A DNA stretch of 64,000 nucleotides, taken from positions 46,715-110,714 of the forward strand of contig JBJKVF010000001.1 of NCBI GenBank assembly GCA_045562755.1, given 5' to 3'. Positions 37,348-47,037 of the stretch are shown here, one piece after another; position 1 is the stretch's first letter; each line of letters opens with the position of its first letter. Source of the DNA: Dehalococcoidia bacterium. GTDB taxonomy: Bacteria; Chloroflexota; Dehalococcoidia; Lucifugimonadales; Lucifugimonadaceae. The notes beneath the pieces are model-generated. The model saw nothing but the letters and a program-made list of their open reading frames with translations. It was not told the origin of the DNA and ran no database searches. The position numbers and the translations under genes are program-made.

Positions 37348-38508
37348 TTACCAATTTGTAAATGACCCATCTGGTCTATATAAATTACCACCTGATCTAA
37401 ATGGTTGTACTGCGCATCTTTCTGCTTCTTCAATGCTAAAATCTACACCCAACCCAGGAACATCAGGACACCATGAGTATCCTTCATTCCACTCTATCTG
37501 TTTAGGAAATAATTTGTTATCGAGAGAACCAGGCCTTGTAGGCATTTCTTGAACTCCTACATTAGTGGATGCCATACATAAAGAAACACAGGCAGCAGCA
37601 CTAACTGGACCAAGCGGATTGTGCGGAACTATGTCGATGTAATGAGTTTCAGCCCAATGTGTAATTTTTAATGCTTCGGTAATTCCACCAACGATACAGA
37701 GGTCTATTCTTGCGTAATCTATGAGGTCTTCTTCTATAACTTGTCTGAAAGGCCACTTAGAACCCCATTGTTCTCCTGCAGCTAACGGTAAGTTTATTTT
37801 TTTCCTTAAAAGTCTGTATATATCTGGATTTTCAGATCTTGATGGATCTTCAATAAAGAAAGGTTTATATTTTTCTAATTCTTTACACATTGCGATCGAT
37901 AATGACGGGTTTAATCTTGTATGGACGTCAAAACATAACTGAATATCATCTCCAAAGTTTTTTCTCACTTCTTCAAAAGAATTTATAGATAATTGGATTG
38001 ATTTTAATGGATCAAATCTTGCATTATTATTATTATCAAAAGGTTCAGTTTCTAATTGGTGCCATCTAAGAAATTTCCAACCTTCATCAATATGTTTTTT
38101 TGCACTATCTAACAAATCTGTGATATTCATTCCTTGCACATGAGGATAACTAATTACTTTGTCTCTTACAGGGCCCCCTAATAATTTATAAACAGGCTTA
38201 TCTATAGATTTTCCTTTTATATCCCATATTGCAATATCTATAGCTGATATGGCACAGGAATAAACTGTGTCTGCTGGGAAAAAGCCACCTCTAAACATTT
38301 TTTGCCAAAGTTTTTCAGATTCCCAAGGATCTTCACCAACTAGTATTTCTGAGAGGTGTTCAATAGCACTCATTATTGCAGATCCCCAACCCTTTATACC
38401 TACTTCACCCAAGCCATAATGTTTAGTATCAGTACTAACTTTTACTATAAAATAAACCCTTCCACTCTCACCTTTAACATTGAATGATTCTATTTTTTTT
38501 ATTTTCAT
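37348..38508 (-). CDS. D-mannonate/D-galactonate dehydratase-family enolase-superfamily enzyme (ManD-like), paralog 1
   Basis: It carries the same motif set as paralog 2. Length 386 aa. Confidence 0.87.
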   Translation of the reverse strand: MKIKKIESFNVKGESGRVYFIVKVSTDTKHYGLGEVGIKGWGSAIMSAIEHLSEILVGEDPWESEKLWQKMFRGGFFPADTVYSCAISAIDIAIWDIKGKSIDKPVYKLLGGPVRDKVISYPHVQGMNITDLLDSAKKHIDEGWKFLRWHQLETEPFDNNNNARFDPLKSIQLSINSFEEVRKNFGDDIQLCFDVHTRLNPSLSIAMCKELEKYKPFFIEDPSRSENPDIYRLLRKKINLPLAAGEQWGSKWPFRQVIEEDLIDYARIDLCIVGGITEALKITHWAETHYIDIVPHNPLGPVSAAACVSLCMASTNVGVQEMPTRPGSLDNKLFPKQIEWNEGYSWCPDVPGLGVDFSIEEAERCAVQPFRSGGNLYRPDGSFTNW

Positions 38509-38670
38509 ATTTAGGAAATTTCTACAAAATTCTTTGATATCAATATACCCGATAGTTAGAATAATTACATATAAAAATTATACATTTATCAATTTTTATG
38601 CTATCTTTTTTTATATATTTACAATTTATTTATAATTTTGTAACAATTATTTAGCATAAAGGAGATTTTT

Positions 38671-39369
38671 ATGGCAGCAGCAAAAAAAATGGAAAATATC
38701 GGGATTGTCTGGTTGATTCTTGGACCAATTTTGATAGTTCTGTTTAATCTATTACAACCTCATGTTGGTATTCAACCTACAGACCCTCAGGATGCTGGGG
38801 CATATTTAGGTAAATTAGCAGCAAATGGAGATAGTATTAGAATTTATTCAATATTAATATTATTTGGATTTGTTATATATACAGGTGGAGTCCTAAGACT
38901 TTCATCAATTACCCCGGATGGTGAAGCTAAAATTCGTATGAATGCAGCGTTAGCTTTGACAGTTGCAAGCTTAGCTTTATCCGCAGTTTTCATTGGGCTT
39001 ACATTAGGAGAAACTGATTTGGCTGAAAAGGGAGCCGCAGCTGGAGCTGCTGGTAATGCTGCTGGATCTGCTACTTACATGGGTTATGCAGGAACCTTAC
39101 ATGCTGCAGCATTTGGAGTTAATCAGGCATTTGTATATGTTGCCTCCTTATCAGTACTTGTCTTAGGATTGGCTTTAGTGCCTGCTAAAATTGTAAATAT
39201 AAGGCTTTCTCAAGCTATCGCTTTGGTTGGTTTAGTAGGAATAGTTGTTACATCAATATGGAACATTAATACAGAACTAGGAGTAACTATTGTAGGTTAC
39301 CTATACCTTGTCTGGGCATTATTAATAGTTACTGTGGGAGTCACAATTTATCGAAATCAGAGTAAATAA
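38671..39369 (+). CDS. Ala/Gly-rich integral membrane protein (about 6 TM), unknown function
   Basis: Strong RBS AAAGGAG 7 nt upstream of the ATG. Six hydrophobic segments. The gene is followed by a perfect hairpin terminator and is visibly more GC-rich than its neighbours. Confidence 0.6.
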   Translation: MAAAKKMENIGIVWLILGPILIVLFNLLQPHVGIQPTDPQDAGAYLGKLAANGDSIRIYSILILFGFVIYTGGVLRLSSITPDGEAKIRMNAALALTVASLALSAVFIGLTLGETDLAEKGAAAGAAGNAAGSATYMGYAGTLHAAAFGVNQAFVYVASLSVLVLGLALVPAKIVNIRLSQAIALVGLVGIVVTSIWNINTELGVTIVGYLYLVWALLIVTVGVTIYRNQSK

Positions 39370-39390
39370 TTCAATAATCAAGATAAATAC

Positions 39391-39425
39391 AAAACGTGAT
39401 AACAAATTATCACGTTTTGTTATTT
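39391..39425 (+). terminator. Rho-independent terminator
   Basis: A perfect 12-bp stem, AAAACGTGATAA (39391-39402) pairing with TTATCACGTTTT (39407-39418), with a CAAA loop. It is followed by a T-rich tract (GTTATTT). Confidence 0.75.
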
Positions 39426-39528
39426 AAATTCATAAAATCTTGTTGAATATTTGTTCTAATACAAAGTCTTATATTCATATATGATTAAAATATTATTTTT
39501 AAATAACTTTTAATATAAAAGGGAATTA

Positions 39529-41550
39529 ATGTCTCGTTTTTTCTATTTAGGTATATTTTTGATAGTTTTAATTTTTTCTAATTTTTACAATATAGAAAAA
39601 ATTATAGCTCAGGAATCTACTTCTCAAGTTAAATACCACTCGATTATTGTTGATGAACAGATAATTAAATCTGATTTAGATCAAAAAGCAGTAGAAACTA
39701 TATTGAAATTTTTAGAAAATGACTCAAACGCAGGAAACATTTTTCTAGGAACCTTTGATTCTAATAGTTCAAATATTAAGTATTTTGACAAATTTGATGA
39801 TGCTTATAAATCTTATTTAGCTAATTTAGTTAACAATTTAAATTTAGAAAACTCAGGTGATTTAAGATCAGATCAATTAGGCGCACTAACTGATATATAT
39901 TCTGAGTACAACAAGCTTAATGCTAGTGATGGATCTAATGTTATGATAATTACTCCAGGAAGAATATCTGGAGAATCTGAAAAAACAAGAGAAAGATTTA
40001 AAAATATTGGAGAATTATTCGCGTTAGAAAAATGGGAAATAGATGTTATTTCCTTACCTTCAACTGATCTTACTTCAAGAGAACTCATGAGTGAAATTTC
40101 ATCATCATCATCAGGTAAGTTTTTTGATTTAGGAATATTGGAAGGTTACGCAGAATTTGCTAGCTATTTTAACCAATATGATTTGAAGGAAATTATGAAT
40201 ATTGAGGTAGGAAATAATATTCCCAAACTTCAACCAATAGAGATTTCTCCATATTCAGAAAAATTGTCATTAATGATGGTTAAGGAAGATTTTGATACTA
40301 CAGCATCTTTATTTTCTCCTTCAGGAACAAAAGCCTTATCTGAAATGTCTAATGTGACTATTTTTCAAACAAATCATGTCATTTTATTCAATATAGAAAA
40401 TCCATCACCTGGTACATGGAGTATTCAAGCACAGGGGGCAAAAGGCGAAATAATTATTTACTCTGAAATTATAAATCCCTTAGAGATAAAATTTGTTGAT
40501 GTACCACCATTTTCAATTAGTGACCCAGTTTTAATCGAAGCTATAGTAAATATAAATAATTCTCCTCAGATTTTATCTGATGCAATTATTGAGGCAACTG
40601 TCACAAATGGTATATCTGTAAAAACATACAAACTTAATGATTCGGGGCAATCTGGTGATAAAAAATCAGATGATGGAATATATTCTTTTGAAGTTGTTGA
40701 TACTTTTGCTCAGGGCAATAATAGTGTTAATCTAGTTCTTTCTTGGCCAGGATTTTCCTCTGAAATTACTTCAAATTCATTTTTTCAAACAGAGGTTTTC
40801 CCGAAAATCAATATTACTAGAACTTCAAATGTTGAAGGTTCTAAGGATGAAGAATTAAATCTAGCAAGTATATCTACAACTGTATCAGATTATCCTTATT
40901 TAACTAATTATAAGAATATTTCAGCTTATTTGTCCGACGGCTCTAATGAATATGAAGCTAATCTAGTAATGCTAACTGAGCCGGAACCAGGAAAATCTTG
41001 GAAGTTTGATGTTGTGGCAAAAATGCCCAAAACTGATAATTATATGCTTGAGATATTTATGGTAGATAATTATTTGGGTCGTGAGTTTGAAATTTCTGCT
41101 CCAATTACCGAAATTGAAGCTACTATTGTCACATATCCAGTTATGGTGTTCGGAATAAGAGTTATTTATATATTATTTTTAATTTTTGTAGGAGTTTTTA
41201 TTGGTATATTAGTTTTGATAATTCGTAAGAAAAACTCTCCTTATGGTTATCTGATAGATGATCGAGATAAAGTATTAGTGAATTTTTATGTTTTAGAAAG
41301 AACGCTATTAAACAAAATAATTTCTAAAGATTTTGTTAGTAATTCGGAATTAAAATCTATACCGCTGAGTTTGGGAGGATTTAAATTTCATCTCAATAGA
41401 GTAGAATTAAGATTGTCAAATAAAATGGTAGATATTTCTGTACGGGTCAATGGTAAACCAGCCCCCAAAATTATAAAGCTAACTAGTCGCAGCCAAATAG
41501 GTGTAGGAGGAAAATTATTTAAATTCCATAAAAGATTACCTAAGGAATAG
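39529..41550 (+). CDS. Membrane-anchored surface protein: signal anchor, vWA-like domain with degenerate MIDAS, beta-sandwich region, C-terminal TM and a roughly 110-aa cytoplasmic tail
   Basis: N-terminal hydrophobic segment. The region from about aa 35 to 205 follows the vWA strand/helix pattern (HSIIVDEQ, NIFLGTFDS, NVMIITPGR, IDVISLPS, SSSSGKFFDL) but lacks DxSxS. A SGDKKSDDGIYSF motif sits in the middle region. TM VMVFGIRVIYILFLIFVGVFIGILVLII lies near aa 535-565. The tail ends VRVNGKP..L.SRSQIGVGGKLFKF, which is loosely FHA-like. Confidence 0.55.
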   Translation: MSRFFYLGIFLIVLIFSNFYNIEKIIAQESTSQVKYHSIIVDEQIIKSDLDQKAVETILKFLENDSNAGNIFLGTFDSNSSNIKYFDKFDDAYKSYLANLVNNLNLENSGDLRSDQLGALTDIYSEYNKLNASDGSNVMIITPGRISGESEKTRERFKNIGELFALEKWEIDVISLPSTDLTSRELMSEISSSSSGKFFDLGILEGYAEFASYFNQYDLKEIMNIEVGNNIPKLQPIEISPYSEKLSLMMVKEDFDTTASLFSPSGTKALSEMSNVTIFQTNHVILFNIENPSPGTWSIQAQGAKGEIIIYSEIINPLEIKFVDVPPFSISDPVLIEAIVNINNSPQILSDAIIEATVTNGISVKTYKLNDSGQSGDKKSDDGIYSFEVVDTFAQGNNSVNLVLSWPGFSSEITSNSFFQTEVFPKINITRTSNVEGSKDEELNLASISTTVSDYPYLTNYKNISAYLSDGSNEYEANLVMLTEPEPGKSWKFDVVAKMPKTDNYMLEIFMVDNYLGREFEISAPITEIEATIVTYPVMVFGIRVIYILFLIFVGVFIGILVLIIRKKNSPYGYLIDDRDKVLVNFYVLERTLLNKIISKDFVSNSELKSIPLSLGGFKFHLNRVELRLSNKMVDISVRVNGKPAPKIIKLTSRSQIGVGGKLFKFHKRLPKE

Positions 41551-41552
41551 AA

Positions 41553-42056
41553 TTATTTTTTTTCAATTGTTATTTTATGTATTTTGTCACCTTGATCAGT
41601 ATCAAGCATAGGATCTCTTTCTCTAAGTGAATTAACAACTTTCATCCCATCAGTTATTTTACCGAAAACTGTATGCATTCCATCTAGGTGAGGGGTAGCA
41701 ACATAAGTTATAAAAAACTGACTTCCATTTGTATTAGGTCCTGCATTAGCCATTGACAATATACCTTCTCCGACATGACGCAAAGTTGAAGAAAATTCAT
41801 CTTTAAATTGATATCCAGGTCCACCTCTACCATCACCATTTGGACATCCACCTTGAGCCATAAAACCTTTTATAACTCTATGGAAAGTTGTCTCATCATA
41901 AAAATTATTTTCAGCTAAATTAATAAAATTTTCTACAGTTAATGGGGCTTCATTAGGGTAAAGTATAGCTGTAAAATTACCTTTTGAAGTTTCAAATTTT
42001 GCGAAATATTGTGATTGTGTATCTAAATTTCCTTCAGGTGGCGCTAATTCTTTCAT
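41553..42056 (-). CDS. Cyclophilin-type peptidyl-prolyl cis-trans isomerase (cytoplasmic)
   Basis: Motifs FHRVIKGFMAQGG and [16 protein letters not shown]. Confidence 0.92.
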   Translation of the reverse strand: MKELAPPEGNLDTQSQYFAKFETSKGNFTAILYPNEAPLTVENFINLAENNFYDETTFHRVIKGFMAQGGCPNGDGRGGPGYQFKDEFSSTLRHVGEGILSMANAGPNTNGSQFFITYVATPHLDGMHTVFGKITDGMKVVNSLRERDPMLDTDQGDKIHKITIEKK

Positions 42057-42128
42057 TTATTCTCCTTCAAATTTTTTGCTAATATGTTTATATCTATCAT
42101 AAATGAAAAGGTAACTTTTCATAATCAT

Positions 42129-42749
42129 CTATGGTTGATTTTTAATAGTTATTTTATTAATTCTATCACCAGGTTTAGAGGCGCTAAATGGATCTCTGGG
42201 TGAAATATTCATTGCGTTTTCTATTCCTGAAACAACTTCTCCAAAGATTGTATGCATACCATCCAAATGAGGAGTTGGTGCAAAGGTTATAAAAAATTGA
42301 CTTCCATTTGTACCTGGACCAGAATTTGCCATAGAAAAAATACCAGGTTTATTATGAGATAATGTTGAGCTAAATTCATCTTCAAACTTATATCCTGGGC
42401 CACCAGTGCCTGTTCCAGTTGGGTCTCCCCCTTGAGCCATAAATCCTGGAAGTACTCTATGAAAAGTTGTTCCATTGTAAAATTTTTTTTCAGTAAGATT
42501 TATGAAATTTTCTACTGTTTTTGGAGCTACGTTGTCAAAAAGTTTTATCGTAAACTTTCCTGAGTCAGTGTCAAATAAAGCATAGTATTCTTTTGATGTA
42601 TCTAAATCACCTATAGGGGGAAGTAAATTACTAATATTTTCTTCTATTTGTGGTGAATTTTGAGTGCTTTCTGTACAAGAAATCAATATTAACATTGAAA
42701 AAATCACCGTGAAGATAATAATTTTTTTTTGTTGAAATTTTCTATACAT
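42129..42749 (-). CDS. Cyclophilin-type peptidyl-prolyl cis-trans isomerase, lipoprotein
   Basis: Lipobox ILISC, followed by [13 protein letters not shown] and [16 protein letters not shown]. Confidence 0.9.
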   Translation of the reverse strand: MYRKFQQKKIIIFTVIFSMLILISCTESTQNSPQIEENISNLLPPIGDLDTSKEYYALFDTDSGKFTIKLFDNVAPKTVENFINLTEKKFYNGTTFHRVLPGFMAQGGDPTGTGTGGPGYKFEDEFSSTLSHNKPGIFSMANSGPGTNGSQFFITFAPTPHLDGMHTIFGEVVSGIENAMNISPRDPFSASKPGDRINKITIKNQP

Positions 42750-42884
42750 TATTTTTCTTTCGTCTATATATTTTATTTTATGTATTAGTACGTTAAATAT
42801 GATTCTAACATGAAAAAATATAATACAAAGTACAAGTAAATAATAATAAAATATATTTATAAAAATATTGAAATAGAAAAATTA

Positions 42885-43565
42885 ATGAAACCTAAGAGAA
42901 GAAATTTTTTTGATCATCAAAATATGGGAATTATAGAATATGATGATGCTTTACGCTTGCAAAGAGATTTACACAAAAAAAGATGTGATGGAAATATTAG
43001 AGATACAATATTATCCCTGCAACATCCAAACATAATCACTATTGGAAAAAACGCCGATGATAGTGGGATACTTGTTCAAAAAATGAGATTAGAAGAGTTG
43101 GGTGTTAAGGTTTATAAAACTGATAGAGGTGGCCAGTTAACTTATCATGGGCCTGGACAATTAATTCTTTATTTTATAGTCAATATTAGAAAATTAAATT
43201 ATGGTCCTGTTGACTTTGTAAGAAAAATTGAAGAGGTGATCATTTCTTTTCTTGCAGAGTACGAAATTAGTGCTCATAGAGTTAGTAAAGAAATAGGTGT
43301 ATGGATAGGTGGTAAGGAAGGGCAAAACTTCAATAAAAATCTAAAAAAAATTAGTGCATTGGGATTAAGAATATCAAATGGTGTCAGTATGCATGGTGTA
43401 GCATTAAACATTACGCCTAATCTGGACTTATATAATTTAATTATTCCTTGTGGAATTAAAAATATGCAATCTACATCTTTTTTATTAGAAGGGAAAACCG
43501 ATATTAGTATGAATAATATAGTAGAAAAATTACTAAATATTATTGAAGAAAAAATTTATAAATGA
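42885..43565 (+). CDS. lipB: Octanoyltransferase
   Basis: Motifs RGGQLTYHGPGQL, KISALG and IIPCGI. Confidence 0.88.
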   Translation: MKPKRRNFFDHQNMGIIEYDDALRLQRDLHKKRCDGNIRDTILSLQHPNIITIGKNADDSGILVQKMRLEELGVKVYKTDRGGQLTYHGPGQLILYFIVNIRKLNYGPVDFVRKIEEVIISFLAEYEISAHRVSKEIGVWIGGKEGQNFNKNLKKISALGLRISNGVSMHGVALNITPNLDLYNLIIPCGIKNMQSTSFLLEGKTDISMNNIVEKLLNIIEEKIYK

Positions 43566-43575
43566 AAGGATAAAT

Positions 43576-44766
43576 ATGTCAAAAACATCTAGTACAATAT
43601 CTCATTTGGAATGTTCATTATCTTCAGAAAAATATGACCATAATAATCTTTATAATCTAAGCCCAAAAACAAATAAACCTTTATTCGCAAGATATGATTT
43701 AGAAAAAGCTTCTAGAACTCTTACCAAAGAATCCTTGAAAACACGGGTAAATTCTATGTGGAGATATATGGAAGTCATGCCGGTCATTAATAGTGAAAAT
43801 ATTATTACTCTAGGTGAAGGTTTTACTCCGTTAGTTAGTGCAAAAAATCTAGGTAAAATCCTTGGATTAAAAAATTTATTTATAAAAGACGAAAGTAATA
43901 ACCCTACTGGTTCATTTAAAGCTAGAGGTTTATCATCAGCAGTTTCAAAGGCTATTGAGCTTGGTCAAAAAAAAATATGCCTTCCATCAGCTGGTAATGC
44001 AGCAGGGGCAATGTCAGCATATGCAGCAGCAGCAGGACTAAAATTTAAGGTTTTTATGCCAAAAGATGCACCTATTCCTAATAAGATAGAGTGCTTTGCT
44101 TTTGGTGCTGATATTCAACTTGTGGATGGTTATATAAATGATGCAGGTAAATTATCAATTCAGGCATCTGAAAATGAAGGTTTTTTTGATCTGTCAACAC
44201 TAAAAGAACCATATAGAGTTGAAGGAAAAAAAACAATGGGGTATGAAATTATTGAGCAGATGAATTTTTCTGTTCCTGATGTGATTATTTACCCAACAGG
44301 AGGCGGAACAGGGATAGTCGGTATCTGGAAAGCTCTTGATGAGATGGAAAAATTGAACCTAATTGACTCTAAGCGTCCGAGGATGATATGCGTTCAAGCG
44401 GATGGGTGCTCTCCAATTGTAAATGCATATAATCAGAACAAAAAATATGCCGAAGAAATTAAAAATCCTGAAACTTTAGCTGCTGGAATGAGAGTACCAG
44501 TTGCAGTTGGAGATTTTCTAGTGATTAGATCAATCATTGAGAGTAAGGGCTATGCGTTGACAGTTAGCGATGAAGAAATGATTGACTCTGTAAAGATTAT
44601 CTCAAAAAAGGAGGGTATTTTCCCTGCACCTGAAGGAGGTGCGACATATGCAGCCATGAAAAAAATGCTTGAGGATAATATTATCGATTTAGATGAAAGA
44701 ATTGTTTTGCTTAACACGGGCTCGGGTTACAAGTATTTAGATTCAATGGAAAAATATCTGAATTAG
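43576..44766 (+). CDS. thrC: Threonine synthase
   Basis: PLP-lysine motif NPTGSFKARG, plus SAGNAAGA and PTGGGTG. ATG 43576 follows AAAGGA. The longer ORF from 43543 overlaps lipB. Confidence 0.85.
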   Translation: MSKTSSTISHLECSLSSEKYDHNNLYNLSPKTNKPLFARYDLEKASRTLTKESLKTRVNSMWRYMEVMPVINSENIITLGEGFTPLVSAKNLGKILGLKNLFIKDESNNPTGSFKARGLSSAVSKAIELGQKKICLPSAGNAAGAMSAYAAAAGLKFKVFMPKDAPIPNKIECFAFGADIQLVDGYINDAGKLSIQASENEGFFDLSTLKEPYRVEGKKTMGYEIIEQMNFSVPDVIIYPTGGGTGIVGIWKALDEMEKLNLIDSKRPRMICVQADGCSPIVNAYNQNKKYAEEIKNPETLAAGMRVPVAVGDFLVIRSIIESKGYALTVSDEEMIDSVKIISKKEGIFPAPEGGATYAAMKKMLEDNIIDLDERIVLLNTGSGYKYLDSMEKYLN

Positions 44767-44771
44767 ACAAT

Positions 44772-45386
44772 TTATATATTTTTTTTCCATTCAACTACAT
44801 GATTATCTATGCCATGCGGAAATTTTTCCTTGAATTCATCAAATAGCATTCCTAATATATAAGAATTATGTCTTGCTCCACCGTGAGGTCGACTTTTTCT
44901 AAGAGTACCTTCATGAATGAAACCTAAGTTCTCGAACATAGTTTTAGCTGTTATATTATATTCAGGTATGTCCACCCAAGCTCTATATAGTTTCAAGTTA
45001 ATAAAAATATGTTCCAGCATCGCTAATGATGAAGCAGTTCCATAACCTTTATACCACTCATTTTTATCACCTAATAGTACTGATATTTGAGCATCTCCTA
45101 GAGCTTCATCTATAGATAGCTGACCTTCTCCAATATGTTTATCGCCAATAATTTTATATATAGAAAAAATATCTCTATGAGGTTCATGATGAGGATCATT
45201 AAAAACCTCGTTCCATTCAGCTTGACTGGCGGTTATCATAATCTCGGGTTCGTAACCTAAGTGTGCCGGGTTTCCATATGTGTATCGACCAAACCAAGCT
45301 TCCGATACCTCGCTATCTCTTAGCCAATTACTTATACGTTTAACATCTTCTCTGCAAACAGGTTTTAATTCTACTAATTGTGACAT
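44772..45386 (-). CDS. GNAT-family N-acetyltransferase
   Basis: Acetyltransferase fold pattern (..GYGTASSLAMLEHIF..; NITAKTMFENLGFIHEG). I chose the start at ATG 45386 (MSQLVEL); the upstream 28 codons look non-coding. Confidence 0.7.
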   Translation of the reverse strand: MSQLVELKPVCREDVKRISNWLRDSEVSEAWFGRYTYGNPAHLGYEPEIMITASQAEWNEVFNDPHHEPHRDIFSIYKIIGDKHIGEGQLSIDEALGDAQISVLLGDKNEWYKGYGTASSLAMLEHIFINLKLYRAWVDIPEYNITAKTMFENLGFIHEGTLRKSRPHGGARHNSYILGMLFDEFKEKFPHGIDNHVVEWKKNI

Positions 45387-45499
45387 AAATCTATGATTCT
45401 TTTGTTTTTTATGAATTTCATTAATTTGAAAGAAATTTTTATAAATAAAATGTATAATCATTATAAACATTAAATATTACAAGATAAAGGAAAAATTTT

Positions 45500-45784
45500 A
45501 TGTCAGATCATTGGAAGATGCAAGCCGAAATAGAATATTGTGTTCCATGTGGATATGCAAACTTAGCTGCAAGTTTAGTTAGTGAGCTTTTTCAGGCTGC
45601 AGGGCCTTCATTAGCTATATCTTTAATTCCAGGGCATAGTGGAGCTCTAAAAATTACTGTAGATGGTATAGTTCTCTGGGACAAAAAAGAACAAGGAAGG
45701 TCACCTCATATAATGGAAGTAAAAGATATTAAAGCAAAAGTTGCAAATATGCTTAATTCAACTGCAGTGATACAAGAAAGTTAA
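45500..45784 (+). CDS. Rdx-family (SelW/SelT/SelH-like) thioredoxin-fold protein, Cys form
   Basis: Motif EIEYCVPCGY (CxxC). Length 94 aa. GHSGALKITVDG..LWDK resembles the Rdx pattern. Confidence 0.7.
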   Translation: MSDHWKMQAEIEYCVPCGYANLAASLVSELFQAAGPSLAISLIPGHSGALKITVDGIVLWDKKEQGRSPHIMEVKDIKAKVANMLNSTAVIQES

Positions 45785-45812
45785 AAATTTAACTTAAATT
45801 AAGGAGTTTTTT

Positions 45813-46904
45813 ATGAAAGCAGCAGTTCTTGTTGAGGTCAATAAGCCTATGCCAATAATGGAACTTCAACAGTCAAAGCCAAAAACTGGTGAAGTCTTAG
45901 TAAAAATGTCAGCTGCAGGTGTTTGTGCCTCTGATCATCATGTGATGACAGGTGAGGCACCAATGCCTTTGCCTATTGTTTTAGGGCATGAGGGGTCAGG
46001 GGTAGTTGAGGAGGTTGGCCCAGGTGTAACAAATTTAAAGCCGGGAGATAATTGCATACTAACTTTTGCTCCAAGTTGTGGATTTTGCCAAGCATGCAGG
46101 CAAGGTTTTTCAAATATGTGTGATACAAATCGTGTTACAGGCACAAAACAATATGATGATACTTTCAGACTTCATACAAACGAAGGGATTGAAGTTCATC
46201 AAATGGCAAAACTAGGAGTTTTTGCTGAAAAAATTGTAATTCCTCAACAATCATGCTTCAAAGTTCCAGATGATTTCCCAATGGATGTTGCTGCTTTAAT
46301 AGGATGTTCAGTAACTACTGGTATAGGGGGAGTAATTAATCAGCCAAATATTAAAACAGGCATGTCAATTGCAGTTTTTGGTGTCGGTGGGGTTGGCCTG
46401 AATGCATTGCAAGGAGCTAGATTATTGAATGCTTCCAAAATTATAGCTGTTGATATACACGATCACAAACTTGAATTTGCATATAATTTTGGTGCAACTC
46501 ATGTTGTGAATTCAAAAAATGAAGACCCATTTGAAAAAATAAACGAAATAATACCTGGTGGTGTAGATTTTGCTTTTGATACTTTTGGTCACAGTATTAC
46601 AACCGGGCAAGCTTATAATTCTACTCGCAAAGGTGGTACTACTGTAGTTATAGGACTAGCTCCCGCTGGAATGAACGCTTCCATTCCAATGATTGATATC
46701 GTTAGAAATCAAAAAACATTAGTTGGTAGCTATTATGGTTCAATAGCTCCTCATGAAACATTTAGCAAGTTATTAGATCTTTATAGTTCAAATAAAATAG
46801 AGATTGACAGTTTAGTCAAGAGGAAATATTCTCTGGAAGATATTAACGAAGCATATTCTGATTTAGCTAAAGGTTTAGACGCCAGAGGTGTAATAATTTT
46901 TTAG
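45813..46904 (+). CDS. Zinc-dependent alcohol dehydrogenase family
   Basis: Motif GHEGSGVVEEVG, structural-zinc cysteines CGFCQACRQGFSNMC, and Rossmann motif VFGVGGVG. Confidence 0.88.
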   Translation: MKAAVLVEVNKPMPIMELQQSKPKTGEVLVKMSAAGVCASDHHVMTGEAPMPLPIVLGHEGSGVVEEVGPGVTNLKPGDNCILTFAPSCGFCQACRQGFSNMCDTNRVTGTKQYDDTFRLHTNEGIEVHQMAKLGVFAEKIVIPQQSCFKVPDDFPMDVAALIGCSVTTGIGGVINQPNIKTGMSIAVFGVGGVGLNALQGARLLNASKIIAVDIHDHKLEFAYNFGATHVVNSKNEDPFEKINEIIPGGVDFAFDTFGHSITTGQAYNSTRKGGTTVVIGLAPAGMNASIPMIDIVRNQKTLVGSYYGSIAPHETFSKLLDLYSSNKIEIDSLVKRKYSLEDINEAYSDLAKGLDARGVIIF

Positions 46905-47037
46905 TTTTCATAACTATAATCTAAAAGGATGAAAAAGGGTAACCTTATTACATAATTTGCTCGAATTTTGGGTTGAACGTTGTATTATGTAATGATAACC
47001 TCATTATTGATTAGGAAATAAAAAAATTTATCTATAA

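Noticed and set aside
45500-45784. A possible selenoprotein, since the Rdx/SelW-like family often has CxxU.
   Set aside because: Both redox positions are ordinary Cys codons (TGT). There is no in-frame TGA and no obvious SECIS-like hairpin.
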